In this document: positions 18,713-29,194 of the stretch, piece after piece
Layout: every line of letters begins with the position of its first letter
Numbering within the stretch: position 1 is the first letter of the stretch
NCBI GenBank assembly: GCA_963702095.1
Contig: OY969706.1
Location: 1,952,001 to 2,016,000 of the forward strand
Direction of reading: 5' to 3'
Source: Candidatus Bathyarchaeota archaeon
GTDB taxonomy: Archaea; Thermoproteota; Bathyarchaeia; Bathyarchaeales; Bathycorpusculaceae
DNA: 64,000 nucleotides
Program-made: the position numbers and the translations under genes
The notes under the pieces: generated by a model
Told to the model about the DNA's origin: nothing
What the model saw: the letters and a program-made list of their open reading frames with translations, nothing else
The model's database searches: none

Positions 18713-18913
18713 ATGCCTAGAAAGTGTATAGTTAGAGTTGTGCTTAGCAAGGAGCAAAGAGAGATACTTACCGTGTTGTCTACGCGTTTGGGGACAAGCG
18801 AGAGCGAGGCGATGCGGATGGCGCTTATGGATTACGTGAAAGAATTGAGTTTGATGTCTGAGACGCTGCATCGAAACAGAAACAAGCGCGTGGAGGATCA
18901 AAGCAAGAATTAG
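18713..18913 (+). CDS. ribbon-helix-helix regulator
   Basis: VRVVLSKEQREIL..LGTSESEAMRMAL. Confidence 0.8.
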   Translation: MPRKCIVRVVLSKEQREILTVLSTRLGTSESEAMRMALMDYVKELSLMSETLHRNRNKRVEDQSKN

Positions 18914-18933
18914 CTGCAGATTATTTTTAGTGT

Positions 18934-19050
18934 AGATGAAGGCAGAAGTGCCCTTACTCATCATCTTCTTGCGGGCTTTGCTGGCGACTGCTTTTTTGTA
19001 TCTGCGTCTTGTTTGGGTTGCAGTCTGGTTGAGGCAGATTCCGCAAGCAG
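18934..19050 (+). repeat. diverged 117-bp direct repeat, copy B
   Basis: Matches 16063-16179. Confidence 0.75.
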
Positions 19051-19413
19051 TTCGGTATGCAGCGATTAAGAAGGCTCTGTTGCTCTGCCGACCTATCCCC
19101 TTCCTTATAGGTAGAAAGACAGATTTTCTCTCTTTGTGTGGGTGTGGCGGTTTAGGGGGCACCACAAGACTGCAATTGTGGGCGGTTGCTTTTTGGCTTT
19201 GCAACGTTTTTCTCTGTCTGTTTCGGTGTGGGATACACTTTTTTCCCCACATGCGGTGCATGGCTCTATGTTGAAGCAATCAGGATGTGGATGCGAAGCA
19301 TGCACAACCCCCAAAAGAACCCACAATTCCACAGGCAAAAAATGCATCGTGACCACCAATCTGCATCGAAACAGCTATTAAATTCAAAATTGATTTCTAA
19401 GCAGGTTTGTCTT

Positions 19414-19485
19414 ATGATTTTTGAAGAAGAAGACGATGACTGCTGTTGCGATGAAGATTGCGACTGCGAAGAAGAGGAAGAATAA
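19414..19485 (+). CDS. 23-aa acidic Cys-rich micropeptide
   Basis: MIFEEEDDDCCCDEDCDCEEEEE*; TATTAAA upstream, T-rich tract downstream. Confidence 0.5.
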   Translation: MIFEEEDDDCCCDEDCDCEEEEE

Positions 19486-19611
19486 GCAAATCCCCTTTCT
19501 TTTTTATAAGTGTGCTCATCATCCGCATACATTGATTTTGAAGTCAATATCGTTCGTAAACGCTTTAAGCCTCCACAGTCTAGTGATGTATTGCTTGATG
19601 AGGCGCAATAA

Positions 19612-20322
19612 ATGCAGGTTAAAAGAGTAGTCCTTATAGCAGCCCTAACAATCGTATTAGCCACCGTCGGCACTGTTGCCGCTGACGAAGCAGGCATAAT
19701 CACGATCAATATATTCAACGATCCAGGCAGCCAACTTAACACCGAAATAGTCAACAGCACAGTTCAGGGACAAACCAACTACACCAACAGCAACGCACAA
19801 CAAAACGTCACCCTAACCAACTCCACCCTAACCATAAACGTCAACGGCCAAAACATCACAATCTCCGCCCAAGGAGACAACCTTACAGTAACAACCCCCA
19901 ATCAAACCCCCCCAAGCAACCAAAACCCAAACAACACACCCCTACTCAGCATAGCCTTTCTCAAATCAGGCCCAAACCAAGAACATTTTCTCTCTGGCAA
20001 CGCCAGCTACCAATATAACTTCAACATCACAGTCGGTGTCCCAACAAGCATGAACTACCCCTACGGAAGAAACGTCACACACGAAGCCCTCTCTAAAGCG
20101 TTAATGCCGCTGGCCGCCAAATACAACTTGGCAACCTACCAAACCGTGGAACCAGGGGACTCTATACAGGTGACGAAAGTTGCGGCGTTAACCACGCAGG
20201 TCGTTGGAGGAGAAAACGTGTTTATCGTATTTAGCAGCAACTACTACTCCTCTGAACAAATACAACAGTTAACAGATGACCTCTACAACGCTTTCAGCGC
20301 AGCGATGAATGGAAACGTGTAA
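19612..20322 (+). CDS. secreted Asn/Thr-rich hypothetical protein
   Basis: N-terminal signal peptide; 236-aa ORF. Confidence 0.75.
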   Translation: MQVKRVVLIAALTIVLATVGTVAADEAGIITINIFNDPGSQLNTEIVNSTVQGQTNYTNSNAQQNVTLTNSTLTINVNGQNITISAQGDNLTVTTPNQTPPSNQNPNNTPLLSIAFLKSGPNQEHFLSGNASYQYNFNITVGVPTSMNYPYGRNVTHEALSKALMPLAAKYNLATYQTVEPGDSIQVTKVAALTTQVVGGENVFIVFSSNYYSSEQIQQLTDDLYNAFSAAMNGNV

Positions 20323-20726
20323 CCCATTTTTCTATATGATCACCTTTTACCTTCAAGCTACGTAGATTATAACTTCGTTATGTAGATAGTATACTCAAAA
20401 TTAGTCAAGGCATCTTTAGGATTTGTGCTATCAAATCAATCAGACTGCTAATTTTTATGTATAAAATTAGTTTGCTTTTTGTTAAAATATCTTTTTTTTG
20501 CTAGTTTGGTGCATTAAGATAAAAGCATTGCAAAAACTAATTTCCGACGAAAGAATATTTACACGGCACTGTTAAGACATATGACATATTCCAAATTTGA
20601 ATGTATGACAAGCGTGTTATACTACCTTTTATAATACTTAATCTTGCTTGAGCTAATGTGCTTGCAAAAGCGATTAGTTCTAGTTAGAAGGCTGAGAAGT
20701 AAAACCATTGGCGAGATTGTGATAAT

Positions 20727-21764
20727 ATGCAAAAGCGAAATTTCTATCTTACAGCTGTAATGGTTCTCATTGCGCTAATGTTTCTCTCACTTGGCGTTCC
20801 ATTGGCAAGTGCGTATAAAGCCTCTGCTAACTGGGGCTCCTACTACTTACAAGATGCTAATGAAATCGCAGATGAATACGAAGTATGTCAATCCATATAC
20901 AATTACATGGATGGTGCCTACAACTGGGATGCCGTGAACTTTTGTGGTAGTTCAACAACAGCGTCAAACGTTTACCAAACAAATATCAATGTAAGAGACA
21001 GTGGCACTTGCAGTTATTTGGCCACCTTTCATGTAGGTAATTGGTTCTGTTCAGGCATTGAAGGAGGCTATTGGGATTTTGTTTACTATGGCGAATGGCC
21101 CATATGGGAATGGATATCTCTAGGCTATACCACACACTATAATTATTACTCTTATGATGGAACTGGAGCGCAGATTGCGGAGTACTTAATACCATACTGC
21201 TCAAAAACCCACTTTACATTCATATATACCTGCATGAACGGCGGTTTGTATTGGAACGAGGAAAACGGTCAAATAGTTGAGGGCCCAGTCGATGCTGGAA
21301 ACCAGTATTCCCAGTACCCTAATGACAATGAGTTGTACGCATACTTGGACACTGAGAAAGGAACTGGTAGAGTGGGAATGCCGTATGCATGGTTAGGAAC
21401 AACATCAAGGAGTACCGACGGCTACAATGATCCCGACGGATCTGGTTACTGCTATATTGGCTTTCAAGGCAGAGACCCAGATTTGCACCAAGTCTGGGAA
21501 CAGGGAAGCTTTGACGGTACTTTTAGATACAAGCATTGGGTACAATACTTTTATTATCGTCTCTCTAGTGGCGATACAATAAAAGAAGCCCTTGATTGGG
21601 CCACCAACCAAATGGGCGGGGATTATGACTATTTTGACGATTCTCTATTCTATAAGGGCTATAACTTTGGTTATGATACACGACCTGGTTCACCCACATA
21701 CCATGAATGGGTGCTCCTTCGTCAGATGCGAGTTTTCGGCGATGGAAATATATATCTAGTCTGA
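20727..21764 (+). CDS. secreted Tyr-rich protein, possible caspase/gingipain-fold peptidase
   Basis: Signal peptide; TFHVG, FTFIYTC, YIGF, GDTIKEALD, MRVFGDG. Confidence 0.6.
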   Translation: MQKRNFYLTAVMVLIALMFLSLGVPLASAYKASANWGSYYLQDANEIADEYEVCQSIYNYMDGAYNWDAVNFCGSSTTASNVYQTNINVRDSGTCSYLATFHVGNWFCSGIEGGYWDFVYYGEWPIWEWISLGYTTHYNYYSYDGTGAQIAEYLIPYCSKTHFTFIYTCMNGGLYWNEENGQIVEGPVDAGNQYSQYPNDNELYAYLDTEKGTGRVGMPYAWLGTTSRSTDGYNDPDGSGYCYIGFQGRDPDLHQVWEQGSFDGTFRYKHWVQYFYYRLSSGDTIKEALDWATNQMGGDYDYFDDSLFYKGYNFGYDTRPGSPTYHEWVLLRQMRVFGDGNIYLV

Positions 21765-21778
21765 AGGGTGAAATAAAT

Positions 21779-23011
21779 ATGAAAGTGTTAACTTCAAAAA
21801 ATTTTTGGAAATATGCCATTATCCTTATGTTAGTTGCACCTCTTTCTATGAATTGTTTTGCCATCGCTGAAAATAACTCCTCGACAGAACAACCTTTTGT
21901 TTCAGTGTTAGATTCACCGAATTCGCTTCAACTTGAACATAGAGCCCAAGTAAGTTCTTCAATGAGTAACCTATTTGGTCTTGACATGTCAAAATATAAT
22001 GTTACCTTAACAAAACATAACTTAGAGACTAATGGGCCAAATAAGGGGAGAACAGGCGCAGAGAATCTTAAGTATAATCTCTCGACGAGCGGTGGCAACT
22101 TTATTACCATTTCCGCCGATATTTCAGGAGACTCAGTCTATTACCTGTTATCATATTTTGGTAACGATTCAATTCATTATTCACAGGCTTTGCCACAGTC
22201 GCTTTCGGATAAAGCTTCCGCTATTCTTAACCGCTACCAAACGCTCAAGAGCGGGGCATCGTATATCGAGCCAATGCTTGAAGTTGCTAATCATAACTCA
22301 CTAGACCAGTTAGTAACTACAGCAAAAAGTAATAAAAATGGTACTGCCTCAATAGTTGAGAATAACCTGAAAATGGAGATAACATCTAATGACTATCATA
22401 CAGCAGTCTATTTTAAGCCGAGTTTTGAGGGTTTTGATTACCCGAATGTCTTATCGATGAGATTTGACAACCGATTAAATGTAATTGATGGTTTTTCTGA
22501 TAGATGGACTACATATAAGATAGGCGATACTCACGTTAAGATTTCTATGGATGAAGCTGTAGATTTAGCTTGGAAAGCAGCCAACAACATTTCAACTGTA
22601 ACCATTTTTGGTGTTGGAGACGTCTACATTCACTTGATCAAAGACCCGTTGGTCTCCATATCGGGTGCTGTTAGGGATAATATGACGGCTTATCCGCTGT
22701 ATTGGATTCGGATTCCCACTGACAAAGTATACTATACTATCGATCAGGTTCAAGTTGGCGTTTGGGCAGATACAGGCGAAATTGCTTACTGTCAAGCGAC
22801 CGGTTTTGAGGGGCAGCCTGAACCTAACGGTGAAGTTGCACCATCAAGCTCAGTTGCGGCTTCGGCCACTCCAGCTACGTCTGAGGTAACAGATGCAAAT
22901 GCTGCTTCAAACAATACAGCTCTCATCATAGCCGCGGTAACTTGTGGTTTTATTGCCGTAGCTGCTGTTACCTTAGTCGCAGTAAAAAAGAGAAATCATC
23001 GAGGTCGTTAA
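21779..23011 (+). CDS. membrane-anchored surface protein with PepSY-like segment
   Basis: Signal peptide; ISMDEAVDLA; VWADTGEI; C-terminal TM plus KKR. Confidence 0.7.
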   Translation: MKVLTSKNFWKYAIILMLVAPLSMNCFAIAENNSSTEQPFVSVLDSPNSLQLEHRAQVSSSMSNLFGLDMSKYNVTLTKHNLETNGPNKGRTGAENLKYNLSTSGGNFITISADISGDSVYYLLSYFGNDSIHYSQALPQSLSDKASAILNRYQTLKSGASYIEPMLEVANHNSLDQLVTTAKSNKNGTASIVENNLKMEITSNDYHTAVYFKPSFEGFDYPNVLSMRFDNRLNVIDGFSDRWTTYKIGDTHVKISMDEAVDLAWKAANNISTVTIFGVGDVYIHLIKDPLVSISGAVRDNMTAYPLYWIRIPTDKVYYTIDQVQVGVWADTGEIAYCQATGFEGQPEPNGEVAPSSSVAASATPATSEVTDANAASNNTALIIAAVTCGFIAVAAVTLVAVKKRNHRGR

Positions 23012-23204
23012 ATCAAAGAATACGATGAATTGCTGTTTAATGTGGGTCTGTGCAACGTTTTCTTAGGAGTTCAAGCGGTTTGGCGGCTAAAAGACTAAAG
23101 GATAAGCCTAAAAAAAATCGACGATAGGTTCTTATATTTCAATTAAGTCTCATAGGTGCACTCAACGTATATAAAACGGCAAAACAATGGATTGATGGAC
23201 CAAT

Positions 23205-23513
23205 ATGGTTAGAAAAGCACGAATACGCCTCACAAGCACCGATTACGCGAAACTAGAAGAGGTTTGCGGAGAACTACGAAGCATCGCTTCCAAGACAGGG
23301 GTCAAAATGAACGGCCCAGTCCCGCTGCCGACCAAACGCCTACGTGTTCCAGTCCTCAAAGGCCCATCAGGCGAAGGAACCGCGACATGGGACCGATGGG
23401 AAATGCGCATCCACAAACGCCTCATCGACATCGATTCTGAAGAACGTGTCATGCGTCGTATCATGCGTATCCGCGTTCCCGAAGAAGTACACGTAACAAT
23501 CGAGCTTATCTAA
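23205..23513 (+). CDS. rpsJ: 30S ribosomal protein uS10
   Basis: [25 protein letters not shown]. Confidence 0.97.
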   Translation: MVRKARIRLTSTDYAKLEEVCGELRSIASKTGVKMNGPVPLPTKRLRVPVLKGPSGEGTATWDRWEMRIHKRLIDIDSEERVMRRIMRIRVPEEVHVTIELI

Positions 23514-23873
23514 AGCTTAAACTTTTTAATTTTTAGTTCTTCTTTAATTAGCATAGGCCCTAAATCTGTCTCGGCTTAAGCTAACCCATTTGCAGCAGAT
23601 CAGTAGAACAAAAAGTTTCTTACGGGCGGCTTGTGGTTTATTGCACAACCAGCCTACAACCCGAAGCTGACGCTGATACCAAACTACAATGCGGCAGGCG
23701 GTCTGCGGGTTGTTGTTGTGTATAGGCGGTTTCTGCCAACAACACACTGTAGAAAAAACAAACACCCGCACAATAGTAACATAGGGAATCGGTAAGTTAG
23801 ATGTCAACTTCTTGGCTTTGCAAACACCTTAAATCCTGCCGCCGTAACCTCAAACGTTTAAGAGGTGAATGGA

Positions 23874-24053
23874 ATGAAGGAGTGGCGATGCATCTTAGTC
23901 ACCCATCACGACGAAGTAGCCAAGGTGGTTGCGGAGTGGGAAGCACAGGGTTGGCGATTACACACTTACAACACTGCGGGCATGGGCGGCGCATGGAACT
24001 ACACCGTTAACCATTACCTGCTTTTTGTAAGGGGGAATAATCCCCCGTTTTAA
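23874..24053 (+). CDS. small DUF4177-like protein
   Basis: E..AQGWRL...HYLLF.R; GAGGTGA upstream. Confidence 0.6.
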   Translation: MKEWRCILVTHHDEVAKVVAEWEAQGWRLHTYNTAGMGGAWNYTVNHYLLFVRGNNPPF

Positions 24054-24877
24054 CCGAATATAATGAATGGGAATACTGCGATAACTACTATAACGAGGAC
24101 AATGCTTATGATGAATGCGCCTGCCCAGATTTTCTTGTTTAGAACGAATAACTTGTAGCCATCTAATATTCCGAATGGAATTAGGTTGAATATCGCCATG
24201 AATGCGTTAATGTATGCTAGGAATGCTACTGCAAGATAAAATGGGATACTCATTGGTATTATGGCTAAGGACAGAAATGTCAACGTGAGAATCATATTAG
24301 TTATCACTCCAGCGATGGAGATTTTTATCATGTCTTTGGCGTTTGTGGGTTGACCGCCGATCATCATAGCTCCTGGAGAAATCATCTTGAATGGTAGAAA
24401 TACTGAGATTAGAGTTAAGACTGCGCCCCATGTTGTAAGACGGAATTCAGCCCATAATCCTGCTTTTTGAGCTGTCACTTTGTGTGCTATTTCATGAACC
24501 AAAAATGACACTGTCATCAACCCTGCAAAAAGCGACATTGCTATTATGTCCCAGTAAGCTTGATTGAATAAATATAGATACATAGAGTAGCCGATGCCTA
24601 TGACGAGCAAAGCTGCAATGCCTATATGCTTGATTTCTTTTGGACTCGAGGTAATATAACGCTTTTTCTTATAGGGATCGTGGCCATACACATAGGTATA
24701 ATTGTAAGAACCATCGCCTTGCCGCGTCATCACGCGCTGCTGGGTTTGTGCACGGGCGTTGCTGATTCTGGGGCACTGGTGGTTTTCGGGTAGACGGTGT
24801 GCACTACAGAATTGTCCACCGCAGAAGGGGCAACGGAACGGCATCATGGTTTCTGTATTGCATACTTGACACTGCAT
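24050..24877 (-). CDS. AN1-type Zn finger fused to M50 site-2 protease
   Basis: C..C...PFRCPFCGGQFCSAHRLPENHQC; HEIAH; FNLIPFGILDG. Confidence 0.9.
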   Translation of the reverse strand: MQCQVCNTETMMPFRCPFCGGQFCSAHRLPENHQCPRISNARAQTQQRVMTRQGDGSYNYTYVYGHDPYKKKRYITSSPKEIKHIGIAALLVIGIGYSMYLYLFNQAYWDIIAMSLFAGLMTVSFLVHEIAHKVTAQKAGLWAEFRLTTWGAVLTLISVFLPFKMISPGAMMIGGQPTNAKDMIKISIAGVITNMILTLTFLSLAIIPMSIPFYLAVAFLAYINAFMAIFNLIPFGILDGYKLFVLNKKIWAGAFIISIVLVIVVIAVFPFIIFG

Positions 24878-25033
24878 GGGGAATGGCGCCTTTTTTAGAG
24901 TTAATGTAGTTGCTTTCTTATATTTTTACGCCAAAAATAACCCAAAAGTTTCCTGAACTCCAAGTTGCATAAATGCTTTAAACAAGTAGACTATAACAAC
25001 AGGCTAAAAGGCGTTTGATGGAGAATCGCTGAG

Positions 25034-26239
25034 TTGAAGCCGTTTAGCTTTGTCCACGCATCCGACCTCCACTTGGGATACGCCCAGTACGGGCTGGAAC
25101 AACGCAGACAAGACTTCGACAACGCGTTTAGCGAAGTCGTCGACAAAACAATCAAACTCAAACCCGACTTCATGATAATCGCCGGCGACCTCTTTCACCA
25201 AGCCCGACCCAGCAACCACACCTTAGAAAACACCATACGCAGCTTCAAACGCCTAAAAGACGCCGGCATCCCCGTCTTAACCGTCGACGGCAGCCACGAC
25301 TCCGCACCCAACACCATAACCAGCACCATCCTCTACCCCCTCGACAGCGCAGGCTTAATCTTCCATCTGCCAAGGCACCGCGGCGCATGCTGGAGCAAAC
25401 CCGGCTGCTGCTACGTGTATGGCATCCCCAACTACCACAACCGCCACAAAACCGAAGAAGCCCTGCCCAAATTCATGGAGGAAAACCCGCCTACACCCCA
25501 AACGGACGTCGCAGACATCTTTGTTTTCCATGGCGCCGTTGACCTCCCAGACATAAAACCACCCTACATTGAAGCGGAAATATCGCCTGAGTTGCTGCCG
25601 GATGGCTTCTGCTACTATGCGGCGGGGCACATACATGACCGTCACATGGGCAAATTCAAAAGCGGCATCTTAGTGTACAGCGGATGCACCGAGTCAGTGG
25701 GCTACGATGAAGCTAAAATCGCCAAAGGCTTCTACCATGTCCAAGTTGACGCGAAAGGACAAGCGTCGCCAGAACTGATAGAGTTAACTTCGCCCCGCAG
25801 ATTCATCATACTAGACGAGGATTATTCGGGGATGGCTTCTGCTAAGATTACTGAGCAAGCGGTCCAGATGGTTAAAGACGCCGACGAAGCAGACGCAATA
25901 ATCATCCCTGTCCTCAGAGGCACCTTGCCCGTGGAAGCCAGCCGCGCCGAAGTCGATGTACCCAAAATCCGCGGCGCCGCACAGAAAGCCCTCCTCGTAC
26001 ACCCCATCGTTCAACTTAAGGAAACAGCGGTCTCCGACGAAGTCGTCGCCTCCATCTTCGAGGGCGGAGTTAAGGACCTTAAAACCAAGGCGTTTGACTA
26101 TTTTATGCAGATTTTCTGTGACCGATACAGCAAAGAAGACGCCGAAAGAATAGCCCACGGCGCCTTGGGCTTAATTGACCCTTTAGCACGTAAACAGGAA
26201 GAGCGAGTCCGCCAAGCCATAGAGGAGCTGGCGAAATGA
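25034..26239 (+). CDS. mre11: Mre11/SbcD nuclease
   Basis: SDLHLG, AGDLF, GSHD, AGHIH. Confidence 0.93.
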   Translation: MKPFSFVHASDLHLGYAQYGLEQRRQDFDNAFSEVVDKTIKLKPDFMIIAGDLFHQARPSNHTLENTIRSFKRLKDAGIPVLTVDGSHDSAPNTITSTILYPLDSAGLIFHLPRHRGACWSKPGCCYVYGIPNYHNRHKTEEALPKFMEENPPTPQTDVADIFVFHGAVDLPDIKPPYIEAEISPELLPDGFCYYAAGHIHDRHMGKFKSGILVYSGCTESVGYDEAKIAKGFYHVQVDAKGQASPELIELTSPRRFIILDEDYSGMASAKITEQAVQMVKDADEADAIIIPVLRGTLPVEASRAEVDVPKIRGAAQKALLVHPIVQLKETAVSDEVVASIFEGGVKDLKTKAFDYFMQIFCDRYSKEDAERIAHGALGLIDPLARKQEERVRQAIEELAK

Positions 26240-28331
26240 AAATAGACGTCGTGCAGCTCGAGAACATCCGCAGCCACATCAAATCCACCGTACCCTGCAC
26301 ACGAGGCTTCAACTGCGTCGTCGGCGGTGTAGGCTGCGGCAAATCCAGCGTGCTGTACGCTTTGGACTTCGCGTTTTTCGGCGACTCCGTGGGACGTAGC
26401 TTTGACTATTTGATGCGGGAAGGCGAAGACTCGTGCAGAGTCACCGTGCAGTTCACCCATAACGGCAGCACCTACAAGTTAACTCGCGGCTTAAAACGCA
26501 AAGGCAAAGGAATAAGCCAAGATTTTGAGCAGCTAAAACTCTGGGAGGACGAGAAACTCGTCGCCAGCATGAAAACCGAAGCCATCGCCGAACAATTCAA
26601 AGCCATCACGGGGCTCGATAAGGAGCTTTACCGCGAGATTGTTTGGTTCCGTCAAGAACACCTAAAAGAACTCCTCGACGCGGCACCACGTGACCGTCAG
26701 AGGCGGCTCGATGAACTCTTCGGTTTATCGGACTATGAGGTTGCATGGAGCAACATCGCCCATTACCAGCGCGACTATGAAACCGAAAAACGCCTCCTCG
26801 AAAAAGACCCCGACGTCAACGGATTGGAGAAACTCAACGCCGACTATAACAGGGCAAGCGAAGAATTCACCCTCCTCGAAATGGATTTAGAAGAATCAAC
26901 ACAGAAACTCGCAGTTGCAAAATGGGGGCTCGAAGATGCTAACCAGCGGCTCAAGCGTTGTGAAGAGAAAAAGCTTGCCCTTGAGGATCTTAAACGCAGA
27001 GAAACACGCTTAAACGCAAACATCTCTAACCACACACGCACTTTAGCGTCGCTTACAGAGCAGGTTGAAGGCAAAAAAACCATAATTGACAACCTTCTCC
27101 AGCGTCAGGCGTCATTGGATTCTCAGATGAAGCTGTGTTTGGGCAAGCTTGAGCAGGCTGGGCTGCCAACAAACCAGCCCATCGACGAGTTAGGCGCCTA
27201 CTTATTGGGTTTCGACGACAAAATCTCCCAGTTACGCGCGGAGCAAGAAGCCACTTCACGGAGCATGCAGCAGGACCAGAAAAGAGTCGCCACCCTCTCG
27301 GAAGCCGCACAGGAGAGCAAATGCCCCATCTGCAACCAACCCCTCATGGGCACCTACAAAACCGATCTGCTCCAAAGCATCAAACAGGAAAACACTGAAC
27401 GGGAAAAAACCATCAACCACCTTCGCCTCGAAGTTGCGTCGCAACAGAAAACCAAAACCCTTGCCAACGACGCTTACAGTGGCCTCCAAACTTGCCTGAC
27501 GCGAGGTGCAGATTTGAAGGCTCGCATCGGCGAAGAAGAAGGCAACCTGAAAAATATTTCAGTGCAGCTTGAGAGTCAGCAGCGGCTTGGCGCTGATGAT
27601 CAGAAAGAACTTGAAGCGCTGCTGGTGGAAATAGGCAAATTCGACCTCTCAGAGCTTCAGGCGGCTAAAGACAGGAAAGACCAAGCTCTCAAACAGTACT
27701 ACGCCGTTGAATATAACCTCAAAAACAAAGAGAGTCGCAAAGCGGACTTAGCCGCCGCTTAGACGAAACCAAAGAGCGAATCGGCATAGCGCAGGAGAAA
27801 CTGGAGCGGATGGAAAGAATCCGCCGCACCGTCGAGCTCTTGGGTGCCATCCGAGACGCCTACCGCAGTATCCAACCTAAACTACGAAGCGAATTCGTCA
27901 AGGTTCTGCGCAACTTTGTCCAGCAAGTCCTCGACAGCTTAGTCGGCGGCGAAGGCCCCATGCTAAACGTAGTCATCGACGAAACCTATACGCCGTATGT
28001 GAAGAGTGAGGCAGGGGTGGACCGTGAAGTCAGCAACCTCTCGGGTGGCGAACGCACGTTGTTGGCGTTTGCTTACCGGTTGGGACTGGGACAGTTGATT
28101 ATGCAGTCGCGTACGGGGCACGGGTTGAGCATGCTGGTGCTGGATGAGCCTACAGAGAACTTGGGCAGTGAAGACGGCAGCATTGAGCGGTTGGCGGAAG
28201 CCATCGGCAAATTCAAAGCCATCGAGCAAATCATTGCGGTGACGCATAGTGAGGCGTTTGCGGCTAAGGCGGATCATGTGGTTACTTTGGAGAAAGAGGC
28301 GGGAGTCAGCAAAATTTCAATCGAGCGGTAG
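26236..28331 (+). CDS. rad50: Rad50/SbcC ATPase, frameshift near 27755
   Basis: GGVGCGKSS Walker A, CPIC Zn hook, LSGGER, VLDEPT, VTH; split over ORFs 26236-27762 and 27810-28331. Confidence 0.9.
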
Positions 28332-28495
28332 TTTTTCTCCTTTTTTCGTCCTGGATTCTGGGTTGTTCGGTAACATTTTATACTTTTGTAAGCTTTTTTC
28401 TTAAATAAATTGATATTTTTAAATTGGTAGCCGTATTTTTTGAAAAAGCTTATATTGATTTTAGTTGAACAAAGTAACAAGTAATCGGTGATTCA

Positions 28496-29026
28496 ATGAA
28501 TAAAAAAACAATCTATATAGTTGTCGCAGTTTTGGTTGTCGTGATTGTTGTCGGCGTAGCCGGCGTTCTGTTATTAAACAATAATAACGGAAACAATGAA
28601 ACAACTCCAACACCAACTCCGACCCCCGCAACCGTCGTTGACGCGAGTACTCTACAATTCAATGTAGCTGAAGACACAAATGGTGCAGTAGTGAACTTTG
28701 AGTTTTCAGCTAAGGACGTACACACTTCAACGGTTGAATTACGAGTAAACATACCAAGTGACTCCGGCAACTACACATACATTTTAAATGCGGGCACTGA
28801 AGAATCATACATCAGTATGGACGATGGCGCTACATGGACTCCGAGTGACTTCACTGTCGACTGGCCATCTGTTGGCGCAATATTCGAAGAAGCAGTAACT
28901 CAACTGGTCCACTGGAACGGTATTGACGCAACCTATTCATACACCGCCTCAACAGGCTCTTCGAACGTTGTCTCAGACATCGTTGTTAATCCAACACTTG
29001 CAGATTCATTATTCGCAACGAGTTAA
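28496..29026 (+). CDS. N-terminally anchored hypothetical protein with PT linker
   Basis: TM segment, TPTPTPTP, beta-rich domain. Confidence 0.75.
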   Translation: MNKKTIYIVVAVLVVVIVVGVAGVLLLNNNNGNNETTPTPTPTPATVVDASTLQFNVAEDTNGAVVNFEFSAKDVHTSTVELRVNIPSDSGNYTYILNAGTEESYISMDDGATWTPSDFTVDWPSVGAIFEEAVTQLVHWNGIDATYSYTASTGSSNVVSDIVVNPTLADSLFATS

Positions 29027-29032
29027 ACCATA

Positions 29033-29068
29033 GTTGGTTTTTAAACCAACCCCCTCTTTTCCTTTTTT
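29033..29068 (+). terminator. hairpin plus pyrimidine tract
   Basis: GTTGGTTT-TT-AAACCAAC followed by CCCCTCTTTTCCTTTTTT. Confidence 0.55.
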
Positions 29069-29194
29069 GACTGCAACCTGATGCTAAAAATAATTGCGTT
29101 TTTTTGTCGTCTGCTCCTTTTAATTCAACCAGTAGTAGTCTGCGGTTGAGCAAAAATTAATAAGGGTAGGGCTGGATAAACCATCCCTAAACCA

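Noticed and set aside
18581-19760. Long overlapping ORFs 18581-19279, 19186-19485 and 19266-19760
   Set aside because: No motifs; they are antisense to or extensions of better-supported short genes
23540-23800. Possible ncRNA after rpsJ; GTTGTTGTGYATAGGCG also occurs near 51762
   Set aside because: The match is short and no convincing fold or known RNA motif was seen
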